Shown piece after piece: positions 1 through 8,256 of a stretch of 32,000 nt of DNA; position 1 is the first letter of the stretch; the number at the start of each line of letters is the position of its first letter. The notes under the pieces were generated by a model that was given only the letters and a program-made list of their open reading frames with translations, did no database searches and had not been told where the DNA came from. The translations under genes were made by a program, and so were the position numbers. The DNA is from an uncultured Chloroflexia bacterium (lineage in GTDB: Bacteria > Chloroflexota > Anaerolineae > Anaerolineales > Anaerolineaceae): positions 3,000,001-3,032,000 of the forward strand of contig OY969938.1 of assembly GCA_963704755.1 (NCBI GenBank), written 5' to 3'.

Positions 1-1
1 G

Positions 2-118
2 CCGCCTTCCCGGCGGGTCCTCGTGCGGGTCCATCAAAAACCGGGCCTGCTGCCGGCCGAAGAGACTTTCGACGATGACGGCACCCCACGCCGCCTGGTC
101 TTTGCCCTGGAGGCGTAA
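2..118 (+). CDS. 3' end of an upstream CDS entering from the left edge (product unknown)
   Basis: Open frame from the window edge to TAA at 116-118. Third codon positions are GC-rich, as in the other genes here. Only 38 codons are visible and no motif is recognisable. Confidence 0.3.
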   Translation, partial: PPSRRVLVRVHQKPGLLPAEETFDDDGTPRRLVFALEA

Positions 119-1032
119 GGGGGTAAATCACGGAGGCACAGAGTACACGGAGAAGAAATTAGGAAATAAATGTAGCCCGGCTTTCAAAGCCGGGGGGGTA
201 GCTGAGGCTGTGAGGGAAGAATCTGGCTCTTCCCTCCAAATCGGTTTTTGATTTGGGGGGAAGAGGGGAAGCGGGGCAAAGAGCCGGCCAGGCCCGCTAG
301 GCCGGAGTGATGGCGGTTAAAAACCGCATCTACAAGTACACGAAGATCCACCTTCGTGGGTCTCCTTTTCGATGTAGACCGCGTTCAATGGCCGAGATGC
401 TGCCCGGCCAGTGTTTTCTCGGGTTCGAAACCCGAGCTACCCAATCGAGACTGTCCCGGCTTTCAAAACCGGCTATAAAAAGACCCTCCAGGCCGGGTTG
501 AGCCCCACGCAGGTGGGGCTTCGTGTATTTGTTGCCGCGACCTTGGTCGCCAACGCCGGCAGCAAAGCCCGGTAAAACGAATGCCCCATCCGTAATAATG
601 CAGCCCTTACGCCCCCGGCTACGAACAGGGTTTCGCTAATCGCTAACGGCTAACAGACCGACGGTGGGTTACGGGCAGGACCTGGTAGGCCAGGCCGGCC
701 GGCAGTTCGCCGGTGTGCTTAATGAGCCCTGCACCCACCTTACAAGCCGATATTCAATCGGGCATAGGTTTGGGTTGAGCCCCACGCAGGTGGGGCTTCG
801 TGTATTTGTTGCCGCGACCTTGGTCGCCAACACTGGCAGCAAAGCCCGGTAAAACGAATGCCCCATCCGTAATAATGCAGCCCTTATGCCCCCGGCTACG
901 AACAGGGTTTCGTTAATCGCTAACGTCGGTGGGTTACGGGCAGGGCCTGGTAGGCCAGGCCGGCCGGCAGTTCGCCGGCATGCTTAATGAGCCCTGCACC
1001 CACCCTACATTTCTTATGGCTAATAGCCACTC
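119..1032. repeat. Non-coding mosaic of palindromic repeat modules, including a direct duplication (495-744 and 773-1009, period ~278 bp)
   Basis: Solo GTAG-footed hairpin tGTAGcccggctttcaaagccggg at 171-198. Reverse-oriented ctcgggttcgaaacccgagCTAC at 418-440. Module gagccccacgcaggtggggcttcgtgtatttgttgccgcgaccttggtcgcc occurs twice (about 499-552 and 777-830). ccacggaggcac-type module at 121-160. The only ORFs are short and cross the repeats. Confidence 0.85.
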
Positions 1033-1443
1033 TCACTTCTGAGTCAAATCTTCCGGGGTAAACGCCTCGGGGAGCAAATCCCGCAGGGGCATCTCGTGCA
1101 GCAGGGTAGCGTGGTCATCGGCGATGAGCACGCGGGTATCCAGGCCGAACTCGGCCAGCACCTGGCGGCAGGAACCGCAGGGCGAGCCGCCGTTGGCCGT
1201 GACCACAGCGATGGCCTCGAACTTGCGTTCCCCATCCGAGACGGCCTTGAATACGGCTACCCGCTCGGCGCAGATGCCGGTAGGGTAGGCGGAGTTCTCG
1301 ATATTGACCCCCGTGTAAATTTTTCCAGAGGCGGTCAGCAGGGCGGCGCCGACCGCGTAATGTGAATAAGGCGCGTAGGCTTGTTCACGCGCCTGGGTGG
1401 CCATCTCGATCAATTGTGACTGCATTTCAGGGCTTAACGTCAT
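1033..1443 (-). CDS. cdd: Cytidine deaminase (~136 aa)
   Basis: Zinc-site motifs CAERVA and PCGSCRQVLAEF, with an N-terminal YSHYAVGAAL region. I start it at the ATG at 1441-1443 (MTLSPEM...) rather than the longer track ORF. The start overlaps the stop of the upstream gene (TGATG on the minus strand). Confidence 0.9.
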   Translation of the reverse strand: MTLSPEMQSQLIEMATQAREQAYAPYSHYAVGAALLTASGKIYTGVNIENSAYPTGICAERVAVFKAVSDGERKFEAIAVVTANGGSPCGSCRQVLAEFGLDTRVLIADDHATLLHEMPLRDLLPEAFTPEDLTQK

Positions 1444-2705
1444 CAGGGGTTTCCTCGTTTTAATGGTACGGCCTGGCGCAGCGCACGCACAGTGCGGATC
1501 CGCCGGCCGCTGACCTGCTCGACGGCCAGGTCCCAATCTTCGATCCGGATATGTTCACCGCCAATCGGGACGCGCCCGATATTACTATAAATGTACCCGC
1601 CTAACGTGTCGGCCATGTCGGTGACCAGGTGGGTGCCCAACAGCTCGTTGAGATCGTCCAGGCCGATCCGCCCGCTGAGGATGCATTCGTCTTCGGAGAG
1701 CTGCTGGAAGAGCAGTTCCTCGCCCTGGTCGTACTCGTCGCGGATCTCGCCGACGATTTCCTCGACGATGTCCTCCAGGGTCACCAGCCCGGCCATACCG
1801 CCGTACTCGTCCACCACGATGGCCATGTGGATGCTGTGGACCTGCATTTCCCGCAGCAGCTCGTCCACCTTTTTGGCCTCGGGCACGTAATAGGCGGGAC
1901 GCAAGAAGGGGCGGATGTTTTCGGGCTCCTCGTCATCCAGCGATGCGCGCAGCAGGTCTTTGGCGTACAGCAGGCCGATCACGTTGTCGATCGTCTCTTC
2001 GTATACCGGCACGCGCGAATGGCCGGAAATAGTCAGCGCCTGAACGGCCTCCGGTACGGAGGTGCTCGCTTCGAGCGCCAGGATGTCGATGCGCGGGACC
2101 ATAATCTCGCGGCAGAGCGTATCGCCAAAGTGGAAAATGGAGGCGATCATCTGGCGCTCGCCCTTTTCCAGGCCGCCGGCCGGCTGGCCGACCTCTACCC
2201 ATTGGCGCAGTTCGTCCTCGGTCATTTCACTCAGGCTGGCCTCTACTTCGGTGGCCGGGCCGGCCAGCCTCTTCATCAGCGCCGAGAATGGCCGCAGGAG
2301 CGTTTCGAACACCATCAAGAACGGGGCCAGGCCCAACAGCCAGCCTTCCGGGTTGCGACGAACCAGCCTTTCCAGGGCTACTTCCAGCACGATCATGATT
2401 ATGCCGGCTAAAGCTGCTCCCAGCAGGTCCCACCCCCAGGCCAGGGTAAAATATTTACTCAACAGTTCAAAAACGGACAGACCGGCCAGGAAGTGCATGG
2501 ATGTAATGACCAGGCGCATGCCCAGTCGAAAGCTCACATTCTTGACCAGCTTAAAGGCCGTATCCAGGCTGCGCTTGGGCTCCTGGCTGCTCAGCAAAGC
2601 AAGCTGAGTCAGGCGTGCGTTGGCCAGGCTGGCCCGCAAGAGGACGAAGAAGACGTCCACCACGGTTACCAGGGCCAGTGCCGTCCAAATTGTACTGATT
2701 TCCAC
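1443..2705 (-). CDS. CNNM/CorC/TlyC-family protein (DUF21 membrane domain + CBS pair + CorC_HlyC tail)
   Basis: Hydrophobic N-terminal third, then a CBS-pair region (IMVPRIDILAL..., HMAIVVDEYGGMAGLVTLEDIVEEIVGEIRDEYD), then a C-terminal transporter-associated domain. GTG start at 2703-2705. Tightly packed between the GlmU-like gene and cdd. Confidence 0.85.
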   Translation of the reverse strand: MEISTIWTALALVTVVDVFFVLLRASLANARLTQLALLSSQEPKRSLDTAFKLVKNVSFRLGMRLVITSMHFLAGLSVFELLSKYFTLAWGWDLLGAALAGIIMIVLEVALERLVRRNPEGWLLGLAPFLMVFETLLRPFSALMKRLAGPATEVEASLSEMTEDELRQWVEVGQPAGGLEKGERQMIASIFHFGDTLCREIMVPRIDILALEASTSVPEAVQALTISGHSRVPVYEETIDNVIGLLYAKDLLRASLDDEEPENIRPFLRPAYYVPEAKKVDELLREMQVHSIHMAIVVDEYGGMAGLVTLEDIVEEIVGEIRDEYDQGEELLFQQLSEDECILSGRIGLDDLNELLGTHLVTDMADTLGGYIYSNIGRVPIGGEHIRIEDWDLAVEQVSGRRIRTVRALRQAVPLKRGNP

Positions 2706-2706
2706 C

Positions 2707-3756
2707 TTACTTATCCTTCAAACTTTCTCCGGATCTAACCGGTATGGCCTTTCCCTGGCACAAATGCTGGTAGGCGTCTACCTGTTCATTTGTGCCCAAT
2801 TTTGTATCTTCGATCCAGGCGGACTGCACGATGCAGCCGTCACCCAGGTGTGAGTTTTTGATGGTAGCATTGGGGCCGATCTGGCAGTTGGCGCCAATGA
2901 CGGTTGGCCCGCTCAGGTACGAGCCGGGGTAGATGATGGTGTCGGCGCCAATGCGGACGTCGGCCTCGATGGTGACGGAGGGGGGATCGACCAGCGTGAC
3001 CCCGGCCAGCATCCAGGCGGTGTTGATTCGCCGGCGCATGACGGCCTCGGCTTCGGCCAGGTGTTCGCGGGTGTTGATGCCCAGGGCTTCATCCGGATCA
3101 TCCGCGACCAGGGCTTGCACCTTACGGCCTTCCCGTACGGCGATGCCGACCAGGTCGGTCAGGTAGTACTCGCCCTTGGGGGAGAGCGGCACCCGTTCCA
3201 GCGCGGACCAAAGCCAGCCGGCCTCGAAGCAGTACACGCTGGCGTTCAACTCCTGGATTTGCAGGATCTCGGGCGTGGCCTGGGCTTCCTCGACAATTTC
3301 AAGCACCGACCCATCCGCGGCGCGGATCACCCGGCCAAACCCGTGTGAATTTTCCAAAATGACCGTCAGCAGGCTGAGCGGGCCGGGGTTGCCGGCCTGG
3401 GCCTGCACCAGGGCTTGCAGCGTTCCGGCAGTCAGCAGGGGCATATCGCCGGTAATGAGCAGCACCATGCCGCCCTCACCGGCCAGCAGCGGGCCGGCCA
3501 TCCGCAGCGCGTGGGCGGTGCCCAACTGTTCGGACTGCAGGGCAAACCGCGCCCGGCTTTCGAAAGCCCGGCGGATCTGGTCTGCGCCGTGGCCAATGAC
3601 GACCACCGGCGAGCGCGGGGTCACTGCGGCGACCGCCCGCAGGCTGTATTCGAGCATGGGTAAACCCAGGATCGGATGCAAGGGCTTGGGTAAAGCTGAC
3701 TTCATCCGTTTACCGAAACCGGCTGCCAGGATGACAGCGTTCAACTCAGGCTGCAT
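2707..3756 (-). CDS. GlmU-like sugar-1-phosphate nucleotidyltransferase with a short left-handed beta-helix tail (349 aa)
   Basis: From the ATG at 3754-3756: AVILAAGFGKRMKSALPKPLHPILGLPML, GTAHAL, LLITGDMPLL and EYYLTDLV match the GlmU uridyltransferase half. About 100 aa of hexapeptide repeats follow, then the ORF stops. The track ORF extends 33 codons further upstream with no support. Confidence 0.75.
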   Translation of the reverse strand: MQPELNAVILAAGFGKRMKSALPKPLHPILGLPMLEYSLRAVAAVTPRSPVVVIGHGADQIRRAFESRARFALQSEQLGTAHALRMAGPLLAGEGGMVLLITGDMPLLTAGTLQALVQAQAGNPGPLSLLTVILENSHGFGRVIRAADGSVLEIVEEAQATPEILQIQELNASVYCFEAGWLWSALERVPLSPKGEYYLTDLVGIAVREGRKVQALVADDPDEALGINTREHLAEAEAVMRRRINTAWMLAGVTLVDPPSVTIEADVRIGADTIIYPGSYLSGPTVIGANCQIGPNATIKNSHLGDGCIVQSAWIEDTKLGTNEQVDAYQHLCQGKAIPVRSGESLKDK

Positions 3757-3975
3757 AGAGCTCCTTTTGTGTGTACGTTGTATCGATCGATGTTCCCCCA
3801 CCCATCCGAAAATGGAAGCCTGTTTGTGATGGCTCCGTACCGGCTTCTTTTCCACAGGTAGCCAGAATCAAAAACAGGCTTGACCAAACCCTGGAGGCAA
3901 GCCTATCTCTACCATGGTATTTATTAAGATGAGGGTCAGAAGTATCGGAGTCCGAATTCATGGATAACGTTCAGG

Positions 3976-4046
3976 CTGGGGCGCCTGGATTCGAACCAAG
4001 ATCCACAGATCCAAAGTCTGGTGTGCTGCCGTTGCACCACGCCCCA
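3976..4046 (-). tRNA. tRNA-Gln (anticodon UUG), no encoded CCA
   Basis: Minus strand reads TGGGGCG TG GTGC AACGGCA GCAC A CCAGA CTTTGGA TCTGT GGAT CTTGG TTCGAAT CCAGG CGCCCCA G. This gives a cloverleaf with a 7-bp acceptor stem, a U1-A72 pair with G73 (typical of bacterial tRNA-Gln), a TTCGAAT T-loop, and anticodon loop CUUUGGA. Confidence 0.9.
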
Positions 4047-4185
4047 ATGTGGCTGTATAGCCCCAAAGCGCCCCTTATTTTTAACACAAAAATTGAATTT
4101 GTCCGAGGTCTGGTTCACAGGTTGTTAACGGTTAGATTCTTTCCTTGTTTTCTTGGAAATGCTCGGCCCAATGGGTAAAAGCTTC

Positions 4186-4234
4186 GAAATAGAGGTGTTT
4201 GCGAGGGCGAAGCCCTCGCAAACACCTCTATTTC
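4186..4234. terminator. Perfect 23-bp-stem hairpin at the 3' end of the TerC-family gene (putative terminator)
   Basis: gaaatagaggtgtttgcgagggc-gaa-gccctcgcaaacacctctatttc. The stem overlaps the TAG stop at 4228-4230. There is no clean T-tract, so terminator function is inferred from position only. Confidence 0.45.
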
Positions 4235-5133
4235 GGGTACTCCTTAACCGAAGTTCGGGTTGTTGCATTCTCTTCGACCACGGACGCCGGGCGGCGAGTA
4301 AAGATGCGCTTGATCAGCCATACCAGACCGTGCAGCGGATCGAGCGCCCAGGTGATCAAGCCATTCACGTGACCCAGGCCCTGGCTGATCCACAGCAACA
4401 CCGGTCGTAAGAACTGTAAGAAAGGCAGGCGCGCATAGGCAATTGCCAGGGCGATCGTAGCGATCGAAATGGCGAAGCGGCCCCAGTCAGAGAAATCCAT
4501 GATGTGGAACTCTTCCAGCAGCAGCTCGATGGCGATGTTCAGCACCAGAATGTACGCAGCGGTTTTTAACACCGGTAATTTTTCGACGATATAGCTGAAC
4601 ATGCCGGCGGCGAAACGCATGAGCAAAATGCCGATAGCGACGCCCAGCATGACCACCCAGATCTCGTTCGAGAGGGAGACGGCCGCGACGACGTTATCCA
4701 GGCTGAAAGCTAGGTCCATCAGCTCGACGTTGAGCACGGTTATCCAGAAGGTCTTGCGCTTGATCTCGTGCATTCCTTCATTTTCGTCGTCCTCGTCCTG
4801 GCTGGCTCCCAATTCGTCCAGGGCCAGGCGCACCAGGTACAGCGCCCCGATCAGCCTTAGCCAGGGATTGCGAATGATGAAGCTGGCCGCCAGCAGCATC
4901 AACCCGCGGCCCACATACGCCCCCAACAGGCCAACACGCAGCGCGCCCTGGCGCTGGTGCCCGAGCAGTTTTTCCATGTGGATACCCAGCCAGGCCAGGC
5001 TGTGCGGCCAGGGAATGGGCTCGTTTTTGGGCAGCCCGACCACCATCGCCCCCAGGACGGCGGCGTTGTCAATTGAAAGAATCCCCTCTAAAAAGATTAA
5101 TTGAATGACAATAACGACGATCGAAAAATCCAC
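4228..5133 (-). CDS. TerC-family integral membrane protein
   Basis: Multi-pass hydrophobic protein with the duplicated membrane motif LEGILSIDNAAVLG ... DLAFSLDNVVAAV, typical of TerC/YkoY-like proteins. GTG start at 5131-5133, preceded by AGGAGA. Confidence 0.75.
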   Translation of the reverse strand: MDFSIVVIVIQLIFLEGILSIDNAAVLGAMVVGLPKNEPIPWPHSLAWLGIHMEKLLGHQRQGALRVGLLGAYVGRGLMLLAASFIIRNPWLRLIGALYLVRLALDELGASQDEDDENEGMHEIKRKTFWITVLNVELMDLAFSLDNVVAAVSLSNEIWVVMLGVAIGILLMRFAAGMFSYIVEKLPVLKTAAYILVLNIAIELLLEEFHIMDFSDWGRFAISIATIALAIAYARLPFLQFLRPVLLWISQGLGHVNGLITWALDPLHGLVWLIKRIFTRRPASVVEENATTRTSVKEYPK

Positions 5134-5324
5134 AAAGGTTCTCCTGCGTAAGCCAAAACTGCCGGCCGATGTTCAACCCCTAAAAGGGAATTCACCAGGA
5201 ACGAAGGGGAGCAGCAGCAACAATTCTGATTGACAAGGATGTTATACCACATCCAGGCTCCCGCAGACGGGGATCGGTTACAGGTGCCGGGCGGATGTGC
5301 TTTTTGTATTGAACCAACCGGACG

Positions 5325-6482
5325 TTAATCCCGGTCGTGGATGAAGCGGATAATGGCCTGGATGGTCTCTTCGTCCGGCGAGCGGATCACGTAGCCGAAA
5401 TCGCCTATGGCTGCGCTGAACACCCCGTTGATTGGGCCGCTGTAAGCCACTTCATGCGGAAAGGCGTCCAGGATTTCTTGATGGCTGTGGCAGTAAGGCG
5501 ACTGGTAGCGCCGGCCGGCGTAAGCACAGAAATACGGCCGGGTGATTTTGGCTTCGAAGCGGTTGGACACGACCACGTTGGCGTATTCGCGGAAGATATC
5601 GATATCGTTGGCGTAATTCCACATGTCGGTGGTCATCCCGCCGGGCGGGCGCATGTTCACTTCCAACGGCACCAGGCCTCCATCCGGGGTCCGGAAGAAC
5701 TCCAGGTGAAAGAAGCGCTCGCTCAACCGGTAGGCTTTGACGATCTGGCGGCCGGCTGCCAGCAGGTCCGGCGGGATCGCACGGAGGATGTAGTACCAGG
5801 TCTCCAGCCCCAGGTTGACCGTATCCATGATGCCGCTGTAGCGCATGGAGGAATCAAAGACGACGTTGCCGGACTGGTCGGTCAGCCCATCGTAGGTGAC
5901 GATATCCCCTTCGATGAATTGTTCCAGAATATAATCTTCCAGGGGCTTGGATTCGTACAGGCGGGCCAACTCGGTCGCATCGTGCACTTTGAAGGTCCCG
6001 TAGGCGCCTACGCCGATATCGGGTTTGGCCACCAGCGGGTAGCCGAACTCCTCGGCGGCGGCTTCGGCTTCATCCCGGGTCAGGCAGACCCGGCCGGGGA
6101 TGAAGGGCAGGCCGGCTTTTTTGAACATTTTCTTCATCTCGGACTTGCGCTTGATGTGGGCCACCTCGCCGGTGTGCAGCCCGGGGATGTTGAAGTCGGT
6201 CCGCAGGCGCGCATCCGATTCGAGCCAGAACTCGTTGTGAGATTCCAGCCGGTCGATTTTGCCGTAGCGGTGGGTGAAGTAGCCCAGCGCGCGCAGCATG
6301 GCGTCGTAATCTTGCCCGTTCCAGACGTAGTAATACTCAGTCAGGATGGATTTTAGCTCGCCGGGCAGGTCGTCCCAGCGGGTATCGGCCAGCCCGAGGA
6401 CGTTGACGCCCTGGCGGCGTAACTGCGCCCAAAAAGGCAGGTAATTGGGCGGAAAATGCGGAGAAATGGCCACAAAATTCAT
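5325..6482 (-). CDS. ATP-grasp domain protein (carboxylate-amine ligase-like, substrate unknown)
   Basis: IKRKSEMKKMFKKAGLPFIPGR..., FGYPLVAKPDIGVGAYGTFKV, ILEQFIEGDIVTYDGL and HLEFFRTPDGGLVPLEVNMRPPGG follow the ATP-grasp fold order. The N-terminal ~100 aa look like a pre-ATP-grasp domain. Confidence 0.75.
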   Translation of the reverse strand: MNFVAISPHFPPNYLPFWAQLRRQGVNVLGLADTRWDDLPGELKSILTEYYYVWNGQDYDAMLRALGYFTHRYGKIDRLESHNEFWLESDARLRTDFNIPGLHTGEVAHIKRKSEMKKMFKKAGLPFIPGRVCLTRDEAEAAAEEFGYPLVAKPDIGVGAYGTFKVHDATELARLYESKPLEDYILEQFIEGDIVTYDGLTDQSGNVVFDSSMRYSGIMDTVNLGLETWYYILRAIPPDLLAAGRQIVKAYRLSERFFHLEFFRTPDGGLVPLEVNMRPPGGMTTDMWNYANDIDIFREYANVVVSNRFEAKITRPYFCAYAGRRYQSPYCHSHQEILDAFPHEVAYSGPINGVFSAAIGDFGYVIRSPDEETIQAIIRFIHDRD

Positions 6483-6544
6483 TTGGCTTTCCTTTGGGCC
6501 GGGATGATCTTGTCATTGTAGATAAAAAAGGGGCAGAAAGCAAC

Positions 6545-7190
6545 ACTTTATTAGCGGGTAGCTTTTAGCGATTAGCTGTTAGCTTTTAGCTTGTAGGTTG
6601 GGTTGCGGGCTTTTTCAAATTACCGGCGAATTACCGGATTGTGTAAAATTCCAGTCCCTACCCGTAACCCAACTTTATGTTTGGCGATCGCGGTTGTTGG
6701 GTTACGGGCAAGGCTTAGCTTGTAGGTTGGGTTGCGGGCTCATTCAAATTGCCGGCGAATTACCGGATTGTGTAAAATTCCAGCCCCTGCCCGTAACCCA
6801 ACCTTATGTTTGGCGATCGCGGTTGTTGGGTTACAGGCAAGGCTTAGATAACCGAGAATCCTGTTTATGCCCAAGCCTCAATAACGAGCCCGAACCCAAC
6901 CTACGAGGCTGTTAGCTTTTAGCTTGTAGGTTGGGTTGCGGGCTCATTCAAATTGCCGGCGAATTACCGGATTGTGTAAAATTCCAGTCCCTGCCCGTAA
7001 CCCAACATTATGTTTGGCGATCGCGGTTGTTGGGTTACGGGCAAGGCTTAGATAACCGAGAATCCTGTTTATGCCCAAGCCTCAATATCGAGCCCGAACC
7101 CAACCTACGAGGCTCTTCTCCGTGCCTGTGGTTAACTCCGTTCATATTAATTTCTTCTCCGTGCCCTCCGTGCCTCCGTGGTTAACCTTT
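6545..7190. repeat. Tandem/mosaic array of GTAG-footed long-loop palindromic repeats (three copies: 6589-6718, 6719-6847 plus extension, 6923-7051 plus extension), followed by ctccgtg modules
   Basis: Repeated core: cttGTAGgttgggttgcgggc-(~50 nt)-gcccgtaacccaac-(22 nt)-gttgggttacgggcaaggcttag. Copies 2 and 3 add ataaccgag...gagcccgaacccaacCTACgaggct. Preceded by a TTAGC-rich tract at 6550-6590. The same arms recur at 21308, 21544 and 24146. Confidence 0.9.
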
Positions 7191-7197
7191 TCTCCTA

Positions 7198-8256
7198 ATG
7201 ATGTTCTCGCCGGGAACGGATCAGGGTATACTTGAAATGCACCCGGGCAGAAGATCTTGCCCATTTCTCTTCCCGCTTGAGGCCCTATTGAGCTCCCCCA
7301 ACGTCAGCGTCGACCTGGTCATCCCGGTATATAACGAACAGGAGGTGGTACAGCAGTTCCACCTCAATTTACGCACGGTGATCGACGCGCTGCCGTTTTC
7401 CTTTGCGATTATCTACGTGGACGACGGCTCGCAGGACGCCACCCCGGCCAGGTTGGACGCGATCTCGACCGCCGATCCGCGGGTGAAGGTGGTCCAGTTG
7501 AGCCGTAATTTCGGCCACCAGGCCGCCCTGACCGCCGGCATGGACCTGACCCAGGGCGATTACGTCATCACCCTGGACGGAGACGGCGAACACCCGGTCA
7601 CGCTGATCCCTGAGATGATCCGCCTGGCGCAGAGCGGTTACGATGTGGTCCAAACCCAGCGCAGTGATGCCCAGCAGGCTTCGCCTTTCAAGCGCTGGAC
7701 TTCGCAGGCCTTCTACAGCCTGATCAACCGCCTGGGCAACACCCGCATCCTGCCCGGCGGGGCCGACTTCCGCCTGATGAGCCGCACGGTGGTGGACGCA
7801 CTGTGCGAAATGCGCGAATACCAGCGCTTTTTACGCGGCATGGTGGCCTGGATGGGCTATAAGACGGTCATTTTGCCGTATGCCCCCCAGCCGCGCCTGG
7901 GCGGGCGCTCCAAATATTCCCTGCGGCAGATGCTGCGCCTGGCTACCAATGCCATCTTCTCTTTCTCACTGGTGCCGCTGTACATCAGCATATCGATCGG
8001 GGGCATTTTTCTACTGCTGGCCCTGGTCGAGATGATCTACGTGCTCAGCTTTTGGGTCAGCGGGCAGCAGTCCTCGCTGGCGCCCGGCTGGAGCTCGCTG
8101 ATGTTCGTGCTGCTGGTGGTGGGCGGGGCTTTGATGGTCACCCTGGGCTTTGTGGGCATCTACATTGGCTACATCTTCCAGGAGGTCAAGGGCCGGCCGA
8201 TCTACCTGGTTCGCAAGGTTATTTCATCCGCGCGGGACGACTCTGCGCATGATTGA
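7198..8256 (+). CDS. Family-2 glycosyltransferase, polyprenyl-phosphate glycosyltransferase type (GtrB/ArnC/DPM1-like)
   Basis: VDLVIPVYNEQEVV, YVDDGSQDAT, SRNFGHQAALTAGM and ITLDGDGEHP, plus two C-terminal TM helices. The start is uncertain: ATG at 7198, ATG at 7237, or TTG at 7288 preceded by GAGG. Confidence 0.85.
   Translation: MMFSPGTDQGILEMHPGRRSCPFLFPLEALLSSPNVSVDLVIPVYNEQEVVQQFHLNLRTVIDALPFSFAIIYVDDGSQDATPARLDAISTADPRVKVVQLSRNFGHQAALTAGMDLTQGDYVITLDGDGEHPVTLIPEMIRLAQSGYDVVQTQRSDAQQASPFKRWTSQAFYSLINRLGNTRILPGGADFRLMSRTVVDALCEMREYQRFLRGMVAWMGYKTVILPYAPQPRLGGRSKYSLRQMLRLATNAIFSFSLVPLYISISIGGIFLLLALVEMIYVLSFWVSGQQSSLAPGWSSLMFVLLVVGGALMVTLGFVGIYIGYIFQEVKGRPIYLVRKVISSARDDSAHD

Noticed and set aside
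418-440. tRNA-like T-arm (gggttcgaaaccc) suggesting a tRNA-derived element or tRNA fragment
   Set aside because: No acceptor, D or anticodon arms can be built around it. It is simply a loop variant of the REP-B hairpin in reverse orientation.
5134-5324. yybP-ykoY (Mn2+) riboswitch upstream of the TerC-family gene. The + strand has aaggggagcagc ... ttgacaagg, reminiscent of the GGGGAGUAG / UUGACA boxes.
   Set aside because: The match is on the wrong strand for the minus-strand TerC gene. The spacing between the boxes is far too short for the four-way junction. I could not draw closing P1 complementarity. An Infernal scan with RF00080 would settle it.
6598-7185. Two + strand ORFs (6598-6915, 6931-7185) encoding repeated peptides (GCGLIQIAGELPDCVKFQ.LPVTQ.YVWRSRLLGY), divergent from an ATP-grasp gene. 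I considered multi-core graspetide/RiPP precursors.
   Set aside because: The same nucleotide modules occur in other intergenic regions (21308, 21544, 24146) and in both orientations. They are palindromic with GTAG feet. They have no RBS, and the peptide repeat simply mirrors the DNA repeat. Nothing in the ATP-grasp sequence resembles microviridin-type ligases. Peptidomics could still test this, but I do not support it.
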